A stretch of 64,000 nt of DNA, from positions 21,009 through 85,008 of the forward strand of contig ONPF01000014.1 in NCBI GenBank assembly GCA_900319635.1, given 5' to 3'. Below are positions 16,541 to 25,407 of the stretch, piece by piece. Numbering within the stretch: the first letter of the stretch is position 1; every line of letters starts with the position of its first letter. Position numbers and translations under genes: made by a program. The notes beneath the pieces were generated by a model. The model worked only from the letters and a program-made list of their open reading frames with translations. It was not told the DNA's origin and did no database searches. This DNA is from an uncultured Eubacteriales bacterium (GTDB lineage: Bacteria; Bacillota; Clostridia; Oscillospirales; Oscillospiraceae).

Positions 16541-18347
16541 TCTTGCTCATTCCCTTTCCCCGGTATTCCATGCACAGCATGGTAAGGTCGTCAAATTGTT
16601 CTGCGTCCTTCACAAAGTCGGTTACCGCCGCGCTCACATTCTGCAAAATGTGCGCCGGCGCGGCCTCCGGCTCCGTATTCAGGGCCCTCAGCATCCGCTC
16701 CATCCCGAACATCCGCTCCTCGGCATTTGTCGCCTCGGGCACCCCGTCGGTGTAGAGGAAAAGCTTCGCGCCGGGCTCCAGCGTCAGCTCATACTCCCGG
16801 TATTTTGCCGAATCCATGACGCCGATGACCAGGCCGTGCTTGTCCTTCAGCAGCTCGAAGCTGCCGTCCGGCCGCTTGAGTACCGGGTACTCGTGCCCGG
16901 CGTTGGCCGCCGTGAGACGGCCTGTGGAAATCTCCAGGATCCCCAGCCAGACGGTGACAAACATCTCCTCCTGGTTGTTGGAGCAGATGGCTTCGTTGGT
17001 TTTGGCCAGCGTCTCCGCCGCGGAGCGGCCCAGCATGGCGCAGCTCTGCAGGATGATCTTGCAGACCATCATGAAGAGCGCAGCGGGCACGCCCTTTCCG
17101 GACACATCCGCCATCACCAGGCAGAGATGATCCTCGTCGATGAGATAATAGTCGTAGAAATCGCCGCCCACTTCCCTGGCCGGATCCATGCTGGCATAGA
17201 GTTCAAATTCCTGCCTGTCCGGGAAGGGCGGGAAATCATGGGGCAGGAAGGCCGCCTGCAGCCGCGTCGCCAGGGCGAGCTCCGTGGTGATCCGCTCCCG
17301 CTCCGCGGTGATGGACTCCATCCGGCCCATGTACTGGTCAAGCTCTCTCGTCAGCTTGACCACATCCTCCGAGAGCTCTCCGATCTCGTTGCGGGATCGG
17401 ATCTCCCTCAGATTCTCCGCCACGCCCGCGCTGTCCTTGCTGCGCTCGTACAGGCGGATGCTGTTCTGGATCTTCTTCAGCGGACGCAGCACGAAAAGCG
17501 ACATCAGCCCCAGGCAGATCAGCGACAGGATCACCTGGAAGATCAGGGCCGAAAGGGTCTCTTGCCAGGTCTGCCTGTCAATATCCGCCCGCAGCTCCGA
17601 GAGGCTCGAGGTCAGACCGATGAGCACAGGACGCCCGTCGATCTCACACAGATAGGCGTAATAATCCACATAATCGCCGGCGTCGGCCAGATGGCTTGCC
17701 TTCCGGCAGGCGCTGCCCATGGCCTCATGCTGGCTCTCCCCCAGATCCCGCACCACATGGCCGAGGGGGTAGACCTCCTCATAATCCGTTCCCCGCACGG
17801 CGCCTGGATCCGCGGCGCTGAAGAGGAAGAACTGGGTATCATAGGGCTCCCCGGTCACCACGCAGAAGAGATAGTCCACCTTGTGGGTCTGCTTGATGGT
17901 ATCGACGCGGGTGATCAGCCAGGAGTAACAGATCTCGGCATAGAGCTTCTGATCCTCCTCCGAGAGGGCCTCGATCTGCTCCTCTTCCATGTATCGCAGC
18001 TGAAGTCCCGGGTTCCGCCGGTGTAAGCTGCGGTACTTTGCCTCGGTCTCCGTCTCGCCGCTGAAATCCACGTCGTATTCCACATCCATGCTGTCCCAGT
18101 GCTCAAGCCAATAGCGCAGAAGCCACCGGTAACCCGGATACTCCCGCACGGCAAGGGAAACCTCGTTGGCGATTTCCGCAGAATGATTCTCCGCCTGCTG
18201 CTTGACGCTCTGATTGGCACGCAGGTGCTGGGTCACAAAGGTGATGATCCCCGACGCCACAATGGCGAGGGCAAACAGGATCGCGACCTGCAGGATGATG
18301 CTGCCTTTTCTTTTCTCCCCGCTCATGTCCGAAAACCTCTTCTGCAC
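16512..18347 (-). CDS. Membrane sensor PP2C phosphatase (TM - extracytoplasmic domain - TM - HAMP-like - SpoIIE/RsbU-type PP2C)
   Basis: Two hydrophobic segments flank a domain of about 220 aa. C-terminal motifs: REVGGDFYDY, VMADVSGKGVPAALFM, LYTDGVPEA, DDLTMLC. Confidence 0.9.
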   Translation of the reverse strand: MQKRFSDMSGEKRKGSIILQVAILFALAIVASGIITFVTQHLRANQSVKQQAENHSAEIANEVSLAVREYPGYRWLLRYWLEHWDSMDVEYDVDFSGETETEAKYRSLHRRNPGLQLRYMEEEQIEALSEEDQKLYAEICYSWLITRVDTIKQTHKVDYLFCVVTGEPYDTQFFLFSAADPGAVRGTDYEEVYPLGHVVRDLGESQHEAMGSACRKASHLADAGDYVDYYAYLCEIDGRPVLIGLTSSLSELRADIDRQTWQETLSALIFQVILSLICLGLMSLFVLRPLKKIQNSIRLYERSKDSAGVAENLREIRSRNEIGELSEDVVKLTRELDQYMGRMESITAERERITTELALATRLQAAFLPHDFPPFPDRQEFELYASMDPAREVGGDFYDYYLIDEDHLCLVMADVSGKGVPAALFMMVCKIILQSCAMLGRSAAETLAKTNEAICSNNQEEMFVTVWLGILEISTGRLTAANAGHEYPVLKRPDGSFELLKDKHGLVIGVMDSAKYREYELTLEPGAKLFLYTDGVPEATNAEERMFGMERMLRALNTEPEAAPAHILQNVSAAVTDFVKDAEQFDDLTMLCMEYRGKGMSKNDDQAERKN

Positions 18348-18383
18348 GCAGGCTGCCGCATAAGTCTCTGGCTCTACGCGGGA

Positions 18384-18683
18384 TTATTCGATATTCAGAA
18401 TATCGCAGAAGCCGGTCACTTCAAAGATCTCCTTGACTGTCTCGTTCACATGGACGAGCTTCATCTCGCCCTGCCGATTCATGATCTTCTGGGCGGCGAG
18501 CAGTACGCGCAGTCCGGCGGAGGAGATATACTCCAGCCGCTCAAAATCCAGGGTCAGCGCCTTCACATCTGCAAGGGATCCCTGCAATTCCTTCTCCAGC
18601 TGCGGCGCCGTGACCGTGTCCAGCCGTCCCTCCAGCGCCAGGCAGAGCTCTTCCTTTTCCTTCGTTTTGTTGATGGTCAGCAT
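18384..18683 (-). CDS. Anti-sigma-factor antagonist (single-domain STAS protein, 99 aa)
   Basis: MLTINKT..LEGRLDTVTAPQLEKEL..LEYISSAGLRVLL. The ATG at 18683 is preceded by GGAGG. Only the last 99 codons of track ORF 18384..19094 are used. Confidence 0.9.
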   Translation of the reverse strand: MLTINKTKEKEELCLALEGRLDTVTAPQLEKELQGSLADVKALTLDFERLEYISSAGLRVLLAAQKIMNRQGEMKLVHVNETVKEIFEVTGFCDILNIE

Positions 18684-18834
18684 ATGTTTTTCCTCCACAC
18701 AAGTTATTTTCCTGTCACGCTCCGCCCGCCGGCGAAAGCTTCTCCCCGGTGTCGGCGCGCAGGGGCGCCGGCCAGGAGGAACCCGTAACGGACGTAAAAA
18801 GCATCCTCTGTTTTTTGCTATGGGCATTTTGTAT

Positions 18835-18863
18835 ATTATAACGCAGCAATGGGAAAATGTCAG
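18835..18863 (-). promoter_or_regulatory. Sigma-A-type promoter for the partner-switching operon
   Basis: Minus strand CTGACA-17nt-TATAAT. It predicts a leader of about 145 nt. Confidence 0.5.
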
Positions 18864-19092
18864 CAAAAAATCGTGTCTCTTCCGACATTTTTTTGATCCC
18901 CCGCCGCCCCGGAAAGCTCCTGTTCCTTTGCGCGCTGCTCCGGGCGCTTCGCACCCCGGGCTTTGCCCCGGCGTTTGGCAGCTTCTCTTTCCCCGCATTG
19001 GGGATTGCCAGTCCGGGACCACAGGAGTAGAATAGGGAAAAATGCGCGCCTCCCATATGCGGATGCCGGGAAGGCGCGAAGGAGGCATTTGC

Positions 19093-19674
19093 ATGCATAT
19101 CTGTGTTTACGGAGCGTCCGGGAGTCAACTGGATCGGGCATATTTCGACGCAGCCCGCGCTCTCGGGCGGCTGCTGGCCGGGAGCGGGCATACGCTGGTC
19201 TTCGGCGGCGGCGCCGGCGGGCTGATGGGCGCCTGCGCCGAGGGCGCCGCCGAAAGAAACGGCGACATTTACGGCATCGCCCCGCGCTTTTTCGACGAGC
19301 CGGGCATCCTCTTCCCCCGCTGCAGTCGCTTTCTCTTCACGGAGACCATGGCGGAGCGGAAGAGCGCCATGGAGGAGGCCAGCGAGGCCTTCATTGCCCT
19401 GCCCGGCGGCATCGGCACCTTTGAGGAGTTTTTCGAGACCCTGACCCTCAAGCAGCTGGGGCGGCACGGAAAGCCCATAGCGCTGCTGAACACTCTGGAC
19501 TACTACGCGCCTCTGGTGGACATGCTGGAGCGGGCGGCGGAGGGCGGCTTTCTCAGCCGAAGCTGTCTGGAGCTTTTCGCTCTCTGCGCCACACCGGAGG
19601 AGGCGCTGCGGCATGTTTGTACCGCCCCGGAGCGCACCGGCAGCATCCGGAGGCTCACGGATTACAACAAATAG
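19093..19674 (+). CDS. LOG-family (TIGR00730-type) nucleotide phosphoribohydrolase
   Basis: VYGAS.., GGGAGGLMG, PGGIGTFEE motifs. The ATG at 19093 lies 7 nt after GGAGG. Confidence 0.85.
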   Translation: MHICVYGASGSQLDRAYFDAARALGRLLAGSGHTLVFGGGAGGLMGACAEGAAERNGDIYGIAPRFFDEPGILFPRCSRFLFTETMAERKSAMEEASEAFIALPGGIGTFEEFFETLTLKQLGRHGKPIALLNTLDYYAPLVDMLERAAEGGFLSRSCLELFALCATPEEALRHVCTAPERTGSIRRLTDYNK

Positions 19675-19731
19675 CCGGTTCTCCGGAAAAGCCACCCAAA
19701 GGCCTTTCTCAAAAATGTATTTGGGGGAGTT

Positions 19732-19756
19732 CAGAGGGGAACACCCCTCTGTTTTT
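19732..19756 (+). terminator. Intrinsic terminator after the LOG gene
   Basis: cagagggg-aaca-cccctctg followed by ttttt. Confidence 0.8.
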
Positions 19757-19925
19757 CGCCTCGCAAGGCGAAAAACAAATCAAATTGTTTTTTCCGGGGG
19801 CGTGTACCTCGGAAAAAACTCTTCTCAGCCTGCAAGTGTGCGAGCGTCCCCCGCAAGCAAGTGCGCGCAGCAGGCTGCAAGCTCCTTTCGTTTCGCATAA
19901 ATGCCCTCAGGCATTTTTGTGAAAC
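19752..19925. repeat. Run of further hairpins (A/T-clamped stems)
   Basis: tttttcgcc..ggcgaaaaa (19752..19775), ttttttccg..cggaaaaaa (19788..19818), cagcctgc..gcaggctg (19827..19876) and gtttcgcataaatgcc..ggcatttttgtgaaac (19890..19925). Confidence 0.6.
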
Positions 19926-19951
19926 GACCGTGAAAAACTTCCCTCCCGCTC

Positions 19952-19980
19952 TTGCATTCATGTGTTGGATTTGATAGAAT
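19952..19980 (+). promoter_or_regulatory. Putative promoter of recJ-relA-dtd cluster
   Basis: TTGCAT-17nt-TAGAAT. Confidence 0.4.
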
Positions 19981-20012
19981 AATGTGATGAGAAAAAGATA
20001 AAGTGGGAAGTT

Positions 20013-22037
20013 ATGAATACATTAGGATGGAAAATACCCTATACGCGGCCGGAATACCCGGCTGCTCTGAAACAGGCGGGCTTCGGGCCGCTTCTTTCTG
20101 CTGTCCTCGCCCTGCGCGGGATCCGGACGGCGGAGGCGGCGCAGGCCCTGCTGGAGAGCGGGATCGACTGTCTGCATGACCCCATGCGGATGCAGGGCAT
20201 GCCCGCCGCGGTGGAGCGCATCCGCCGGGCCATCGGGCAGAAGGAGGCCGTCGCCGTCTACGGAGACTATGACGTGGACGGCATCACCGCCACCTGTCTG
20301 CTCACGGACTACCTGCGGGGAAAGGGGCTGCGCTGTGTCGGCTATATCCCCGACCGAAACGAGGAGGGCTACGGGCTCAACTGCGCCGCGCTGGACAGTC
20401 TGCGCGCCGACGGCGTGACATTGCTCATTACGGTAGACTGCGGCATCACCGCGGTGGAAGAGGCGGAGTACACCAAGCGCATCGGCATGGACATGATCGT
20501 CACCGATCACCACGAGTGCAAGCCCGGCGCCCTGCCGGACGCGCTGGCCGTCATCGACTGCAAGCAGGAGGGCAACCGCTATCCCAACCCGGATCTCTGC
20601 GGCGTGGGCGTGGCGCTGAAGCTGGTCTGCGCCTGCGAGGGGAATGCCGCCGCCATGCTGGAGCGCTATGCGGATCTGGTGGCCGTGGGCACGGTTGCGG
20701 ACGTGATGCCCCTGGTGGGGGAAAACCGCTTTCTGGTGCGGCAGGGGCTGGAAAAGCTGGTGCACAATCCCCGTCCCGGCTTTGCCGCCATGCTGCGGGA
20801 GGCCGGGGTGGATCCGGAACGGATCACCGCCTCCAGCATCGGCTTCAGTCTGGCGCCCCGCCTGAACGCCGCGGGCCGTCTGGGGCAGGCCACCCGGGCA
20901 GCGGAGCTGCTGATGGCCACCGAGCCCGACAAGGCCGCCGCCCTGGCCGCCGAGCTCTGCGAACTGAACCGCCAGCGGCAGAGCATCGAGACCGAGATCT
21001 GGAAGGACGCTCTGCATCAATTGGAGGGTCGTCATCCCGACGAGCCCATCGTCCTGGCCAGCGATCGCTGGCACCAGGGGGTCATCGGCATCGCCGCCTC
21101 CCGCCTGGCGGAGCAGTTTTCGCTGCCCGCCATCATGGTCTGTCTCAACGGCGACCACGGCAAGGGCTCCTGCCGCAGCTACGGCGGCTTTAATCTCTTT
21201 GAGGCGCTCTCCGCCTGCTCCCGGCATCTGCTGGGCTTCGGCGGGCACGCGCTGGCCGCCGGCATGACCATCAGCCGCGACAAGCTCAATGATTTTCGCG
21301 CGGCTCTCGCCGCGTATTATCGCGCCAACCGCCCCAAGCCGGTGCCGGATGTGAACTGCGACCTGCTGATCCGGGATCCCTCTCTGCTCACGCTGGAGAA
21401 CGTGCGGGAGCTGGATCGGCTGGAGCCCTTCGGCAACGCCAATCCCAAGCCCGTGTTCTGCTTCAGCGACGCGCTGCTGGAATCCGCCGACCAGGTGGGC
21501 GGCGGCAGGCATCTGAAGGTGCGCGTCAGCCTCGGCGGGGCGCGGCTGGACGGGATCTTCTTTTCCCACAGCGCCCAGGCGCTGGGCGTTGCGGCGGGCG
21601 ATCGGGTGGATCTGGCCTTTACCCCCCAGATCAATGAATTCCGCGGACACGCCAGCGTACAGCTGGTGATCTCCGCCCTGCGCCGCCACGACGGTACTGC
21701 GCTCTGCCGCAAGATTTTGGCGGGCGAGGGCAATACCGCTTATGCCGCCGCGGCCTTCTGTCCCCAGCGGGCGGACTTCGTGCGCATCTGGCGCGGCGCC
21801 GGCGGGAGGCTCTCTCTGCCGGAGGACGCGGAGGGCATTCTCTCCCTCTGCCCCAAGGACATGGAGCCGGAGCGCTTCTGCCTTTGCCTGATGATCCTGC
21901 AGGAGGCGGGACTGCTGCACAGCGCGGACGGGCGCATCTTCGGCGCCTGCTGCTGTGCCACCGAGGGGAAGGCGGATCTGAACGCCACGCCCCTCATGCA
22001 GAGCCTCCAGCTGGAGCTGGAGGGAGACCACAGCTGA
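20013..22037 (+). CDS. recJ: Single-stranded-DNA-specific exonuclease RecJ
   Basis: DHH motifs (VYGDYDVDGITA, ITVDCG, VTDHH), a DHHA1 region (GGHALAAG) and typical length. Confidence 0.9.
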   Translation: MNTLGWKIPYTRPEYPAALKQAGFGPLLSAVLALRGIRTAEAAQALLESGIDCLHDPMRMQGMPAAVERIRRAIGQKEAVAVYGDYDVDGITATCLLTDYLRGKGLRCVGYIPDRNEEGYGLNCAALDSLRADGVTLLITVDCGITAVEEAEYTKRIGMDMIVTDHHECKPGALPDALAVIDCKQEGNRYPNPDLCGVGVALKLVCACEGNAAAMLERYADLVAVGTVADVMPLVGENRFLVRQGLEKLVHNPRPGFAAMLREAGVDPERITASSIGFSLAPRLNAAGRLGQATRAAELLMATEPDKAAALAAELCELNRQRQSIETEIWKDALHQLEGRHPDEPIVLASDRWHQGVIGIAASRLAEQFSLPAIMVCLNGDHGKGSCRSYGGFNLFEALSACSRHLLGFGGHALAAGMTISRDKLNDFRAALAAYYRANRPKPVPDVNCDLLIRDPSLLTLENVRELDRLEPFGNANPKPVFCFSDALLESADQVGGGRHLKVRVSLGGARLDGIFFSHSAQALGVAAGDRVDLAFTPQINEFRGHASVQLVISALRRHDGTALCRKILAGEGNTAYAAAAFCPQRADFVRIWRGAGGRLSLPEDAEGILSLCPKDMEPERFCLCLMILQEAGLLHSADGRIFGACCCATEGKADLNATPLMQSLQLELEGDHS

Positions 22038-22062
22038 TTTCATGATAGTTTTGGAGTGAGCC

Positions 22063-24300
22063 ATGAACGAAACGCCGAAAAAAGAGAATATCCCGCTGGA
22101 TCCGGACAAGCTCTACGCGGCGCTGGAGGAGAAGATCAAGAACTCCGGCCACCCCATGGATTTGGGACGCATCCGCGCGGCCTATGAGATGGCAAAGCTT
22201 GCCCACGCCGGGCAGCTGCGCAAGGACGGCTGCTCCCCCTATGTGACCCACTGTGTGGCCGCGGCGGACATCTCCGTGGATCTGGGTCTGGACGAGGATT
22301 CCATCTGCGCGGCGCTGCTGCACGACGTGATCGAGGACACCCCCCTCACCCACGCGGACATCGCCCACCAGTTCGGCGCACCGGTGGCGGACATTGTGGA
22401 GGGCGTCACCAAGCTCACCCGGGTGCAGTACACCAGCAAGGAAGACGAGCAGATGGAGAACCTGCGCAAGATGCTCATGGCCATGGCCAAGGACATCCGC
22501 GTGATCCTCATCAAGATCGCCGATAGGCTCCACAACATGCGCACCATGGACTACCAGACGCCGGAGAAGCAGCGCACCAAGTCGCTGGAGACCATGGAGA
22601 TCTACGCCCCCATCGCCCACCGCCTGGGCATGCAGCAGGCCAAGTGGGAGCTGGAGGATCTGTCGCTGCGCTATCTGGATCCCACCGGCTACCGGGAGAT
22701 CACCGAAGCCCTGAACGCCCGCATGCCGGAGCTGGAGGCCTTCATGTCCTCTGTGGAGGAGAAGATCCAGACCCGCCTCAAGAGCGAGGGGATCAAGGCC
22801 TCCATCTTCTCCCGCATCAAGCATGTCTACAGCATCTACCGGAAGATGTACGCCCAGAAGCTGGACATCAACGGCATTTTCGACCTCTGCGCCTTCCGGG
22901 TCATCGTGGACTCCCTGCCCGACTGCTATAACGTTCTGGGCGTCATTCACGATATGTTCAAGCCCGTGCCCGGGCGCTTCAAGGACTATATCTCCACCCC
23001 CAAGCCCAACATGTACCAGAGCCTGCACACCACCGTCATCGGCACGGAGGGCATCCCCTTTGAGGTGCAGATCCGCACCTGGGAGATGCACCACACCGCC
23101 GAATACGGCATCGCCGCCCACTGGAAGTACAAGATGGACGGCAGCAGCAGCGTGGTCAGGGACGGGGATGAGGAGAAATTCGCCTGGGTGCGCCGCCTGC
23201 TGGAGGATCAGCAGGAGTCCGACGCCCAGGACTTCTTCCACGATCTGAAGATCGATATGTTCGCCGACGAGGTCTTCGTCTTCTCCCCCAAGGGGGACGT
23301 CATTAACCTGCCCGCCGGCGCCACGCCCATCGACTTTGCCTACAGCATCCACTCGGATGTGGGCAACCACATGGTGGGCGCCAAGGTCAACGGCCGCATC
23401 GTGACCTTTGACTATGTGCTGCAAAACGGCGACATTGTGGAGATCCGCACCTCCAAATCCTCCCCCGGCCCCAGCCGGGACTGGCTGAGCATCGTCAAAA
23501 GCGGCTCCGCCCGCACCAAGATCAAGCAGTGGTACAAGAAGGAGCGGCGGGAGGAGAACGTACTCCGGGGTCTGGAGATGCTGGAGGACGAGCTCAAGCA
23601 CAACGAGCTGAGCCTGGAGGACGTGCAGGGCGAGGAGATCATGACGCCGGTGCTCAAGCGTCTCAGCTACGCCACGCCCGAGGACATGTACGCCGCCATC
23701 GGCTACGGCGGCGTCACCGCCGCCCGGGTGGCCAACCGCCTGCGGGACGAACAGAAGAGCGCCATGGCGGAAAAGAAGTCCGTGCTGGATCGGGTCTCCG
23801 CCGCCGCCGAACGGCGGGAGGAGCGTGCCAAAAAAGAGGGCAAGGCTGTCCACGGCATCCTGGTGGAGGGGCTGGACAACTGTCTGGTCAAATTCTCCCG
23901 CTGCTGCACCCCCGTGCCGGGGGACGAGATCATCGGCTTCATCACCCGGGGCCAGGGCGTTTCCATCCACCGGAAGGACTGCGAAAATTATCTGCGCCGC
24001 ACCCGGGATCAGGTGGACGCCGGCCGCTGGATCCATGTCTCCTGGGCCAGTCAGATCACCGACAGCTATGTGACCATCCTCACCATCGCTGCCAAGGATC
24101 GCTCGGGCCTGGTCATGGATATTGCCACGGTGCTGAACTCGCTGAACGCCAAGGTGCGCAATCTCTCCGCCCGGGATAACGCCGGGCTTGCGCTGGTGAA
24201 CATCTCGCTGGAGGTCAGGAGCACCGCCGAGCTGCGGCAGATCATGAACCGGCTCGCGTCTGTTCCCAGCGTCACCGAGGTATCGCGCAGCGGGAAATAG
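22063..24300 (+). CDS. relA: Bifunctional (p)ppGpp synthetase/hydrolase, RelA/SpoT family
   Basis: HD domain (HDVIEDT), synthetase motifs (YQSLHTTV, EVQIRT), plus TGS and ACT regions; 745 aa. Confidence 0.95.
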   Translation: MNETPKKENIPLDPDKLYAALEEKIKNSGHPMDLGRIRAAYEMAKLAHAGQLRKDGCSPYVTHCVAAADISVDLGLDEDSICAALLHDVIEDTPLTHADIAHQFGAPVADIVEGVTKLTRVQYTSKEDEQMENLRKMLMAMAKDIRVILIKIADRLHNMRTMDYQTPEKQRTKSLETMEIYAPIAHRLGMQQAKWELEDLSLRYLDPTGYREITEALNARMPELEAFMSSVEEKIQTRLKSEGIKASIFSRIKHVYSIYRKMYAQKLDINGIFDLCAFRVIVDSLPDCYNVLGVIHDMFKPVPGRFKDYISTPKPNMYQSLHTTVIGTEGIPFEVQIRTWEMHHTAEYGIAAHWKYKMDGSSSVVRDGDEEKFAWVRRLLEDQQESDAQDFFHDLKIDMFADEVFVFSPKGDVINLPAGATPIDFAYSIHSDVGNHMVGAKVNGRIVTFDYVLQNGDIVEIRTSKSSPGPSRDWLSIVKSGSARTKIKQWYKKERREENVLRGLEMLEDELKHNELSLEDVQGEEIMTPVLKRLSYATPEDMYAAIGYGGVTAARVANRLRDEQKSAMAEKKSVLDRVSAAAERREERAKKEGKAVHGILVEGLDNCLVKFSRCCTPVPGDEIIGFITRGQGVSIHRKDCENYLRRTRDQVDAGRWIHVSWASQITDSYVTILTIAAKDRSGLVMDIATVLNSLNAKVRNLSARDNAGLALVNISLEVRSTAELRQIMNRLASVPSVTEVSRSGK

Positions 24301-24329
24301 TTTTGAGTTTTGAAAATACGGGAGCTTAT

Positions 24330-24776
24330 ATGAGGGCTGTTGTTACAAGAGTCAATTCCGCCTCGGTGGAGATCGAGGGCGCCGTACACGGGCAGATCGG
24401 CCGGGGCTTTCTGGTGCTGCTGGGCGTCCACGGGGACGACACGGAAGCGGAGGCCAGAAAGATCTCCGACAAGATCTGCGGCCTGCGCGTCTTTGAGGAC
24501 GAGGCGGGCAAAATGAACCGGAACCCGGTGGACGCCGGGGCGGCGGAGCTGCTGATCATCAGCCAGTTCACCCTCTTTGCCGACTGCCGCTCCCGCCGCC
24601 CGGGCTTCTCCCACGCCGCCCGGCCGGAGACCGCCATCCCCCTCTACGAGCTGGTGATCGCGGAATGCCGTGCCCGGGGCTTCCGGGTGGAAACCGGCGT
24701 CTTCGGCGCCGAAATGCTTGTCGCCTCCGTCAACGACGGGCCGGTGACCATCCTTCTGGACACAAAGGAGCTATAA
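24330..24776 (+). CDS. dtd: D-aminoacyl-tRNA deacylase
   Basis: MRAVVTRV.., SQFTL, GPVT motifs. The ATG at 24330 follows GGGAG. The TTG start in the ORF track was discarded. Confidence 0.9.
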   Translation: MRAVVTRVNSASVEIEGAVHGQIGRGFLVLLGVHGDDTEAEARKISDKICGLRVFEDEAGKMNRNPVDAGAAELLIISQFTLFADCRSRRPGFSHAARPETAIPLYELVIAECRARGFRVETGVFGAEMLVASVNDGPVTILLDTKEL

Positions 24777-24778
24777 AT

Positions 24779-25390
24779 ATGCTGATCAAAACCATCCCCG
24801 TCGGGCAGCTGGAGACCAACTGCTATGTGGTCACCGACGAGAAGACCCTGGACTGCGCCGTCATCGACCCCGGCGACGAGAGCAACACCATTCTGGACTA
24901 TCTGGAGGAGCACCGTCTCCGCTGCCGAGCGATCTTCCTGACCCACGGGCACTACGACCATGTGGGAGCGGTGGAGGCCGTGGCGGAGGAGACCGGCGCC
25001 ACCGTCTATATGAGCCGCCTGGACGACGCGGAGGAGCGTCGGGATCCCCACTTCCCCTTCCATTTGCCGGAGGGCGGCGAGTATTACGGCGACGGGGACA
25101 GCGTGGAGATCGCAGGGCTCCGCTTTGAGGTGCTGGGCACCCCGGGCCACACCCCCGGCGGCGTCACCCTGCGCTGCGGCGACGCGCTCTTCACCGGGGA
25201 CACGCTCTTTCGCGGCAGCTGCGGGCGGACGGATCTGCCCGGCGGCGACATGGACGAGGAGCTGCGCTCGCTCCGGAAGCTCTGCGCGCTGGAGGGAGAC
25301 TATGAGGTCTATCCCGGCCACATGGATCCCAGCAGCCTGGCGCGGGAGCGGCTGTTCAACTACTACTGCCGCGCGGCGATAAACGCATAA
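24779..25390 (+). CDS. MBL-fold hydrolase (glyoxalase-II-like)
   Basis: THGHYDH motif, ..GHTPG.. and TGDTLF. The ATG at 24779 lies 3 nt after the dtd stop. Confidence 0.85.
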   Translation: MLIKTIPVGQLETNCYVVTDEKTLDCAVIDPGDESNTILDYLEEHRLRCRAIFLTHGHYDHVGAVEAVAEETGATVYMSRLDDAEERRDPHFPFHLPEGGEYYGDGDSVEIAGLRFEVLGTPGHTPGGVTLRCGDALFTGDTLFRGSCGRTDLPGGDMDEELRSLRKLCALEGDYEVYPGHMDPSSLARERLFNYYCRAAINA

Positions 25391-25407
25391 GCGAAGGAGG
25401 AAGCATC

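Noticed and set aside
18684-18828. Possible ykkC-type (guanidine-I, ppGpp or PRPP; Rfam RF00442) or ZTP riboswitch in the operon leader, because of ACGGGUUCC, CUGGC and GACACCGGGGAG strings.
   Set aside because: The invariant CCGAGAG and GCCCGGGAGA blocks of ykkC are missing, as is the CCGCCUGGGC 3' element of ZTP. The resemblance is only partial and is not supportable without cmsearch.
18684-19094. The N-terminal 137 codons of the 236-aa ORF 18384..19094.
   Set aside because: Only the last 99 codons form a STAS domain, and they have their own GGAGG-ATG. The extension runs through the predicted promoter and the divergent LOG gene's start region.
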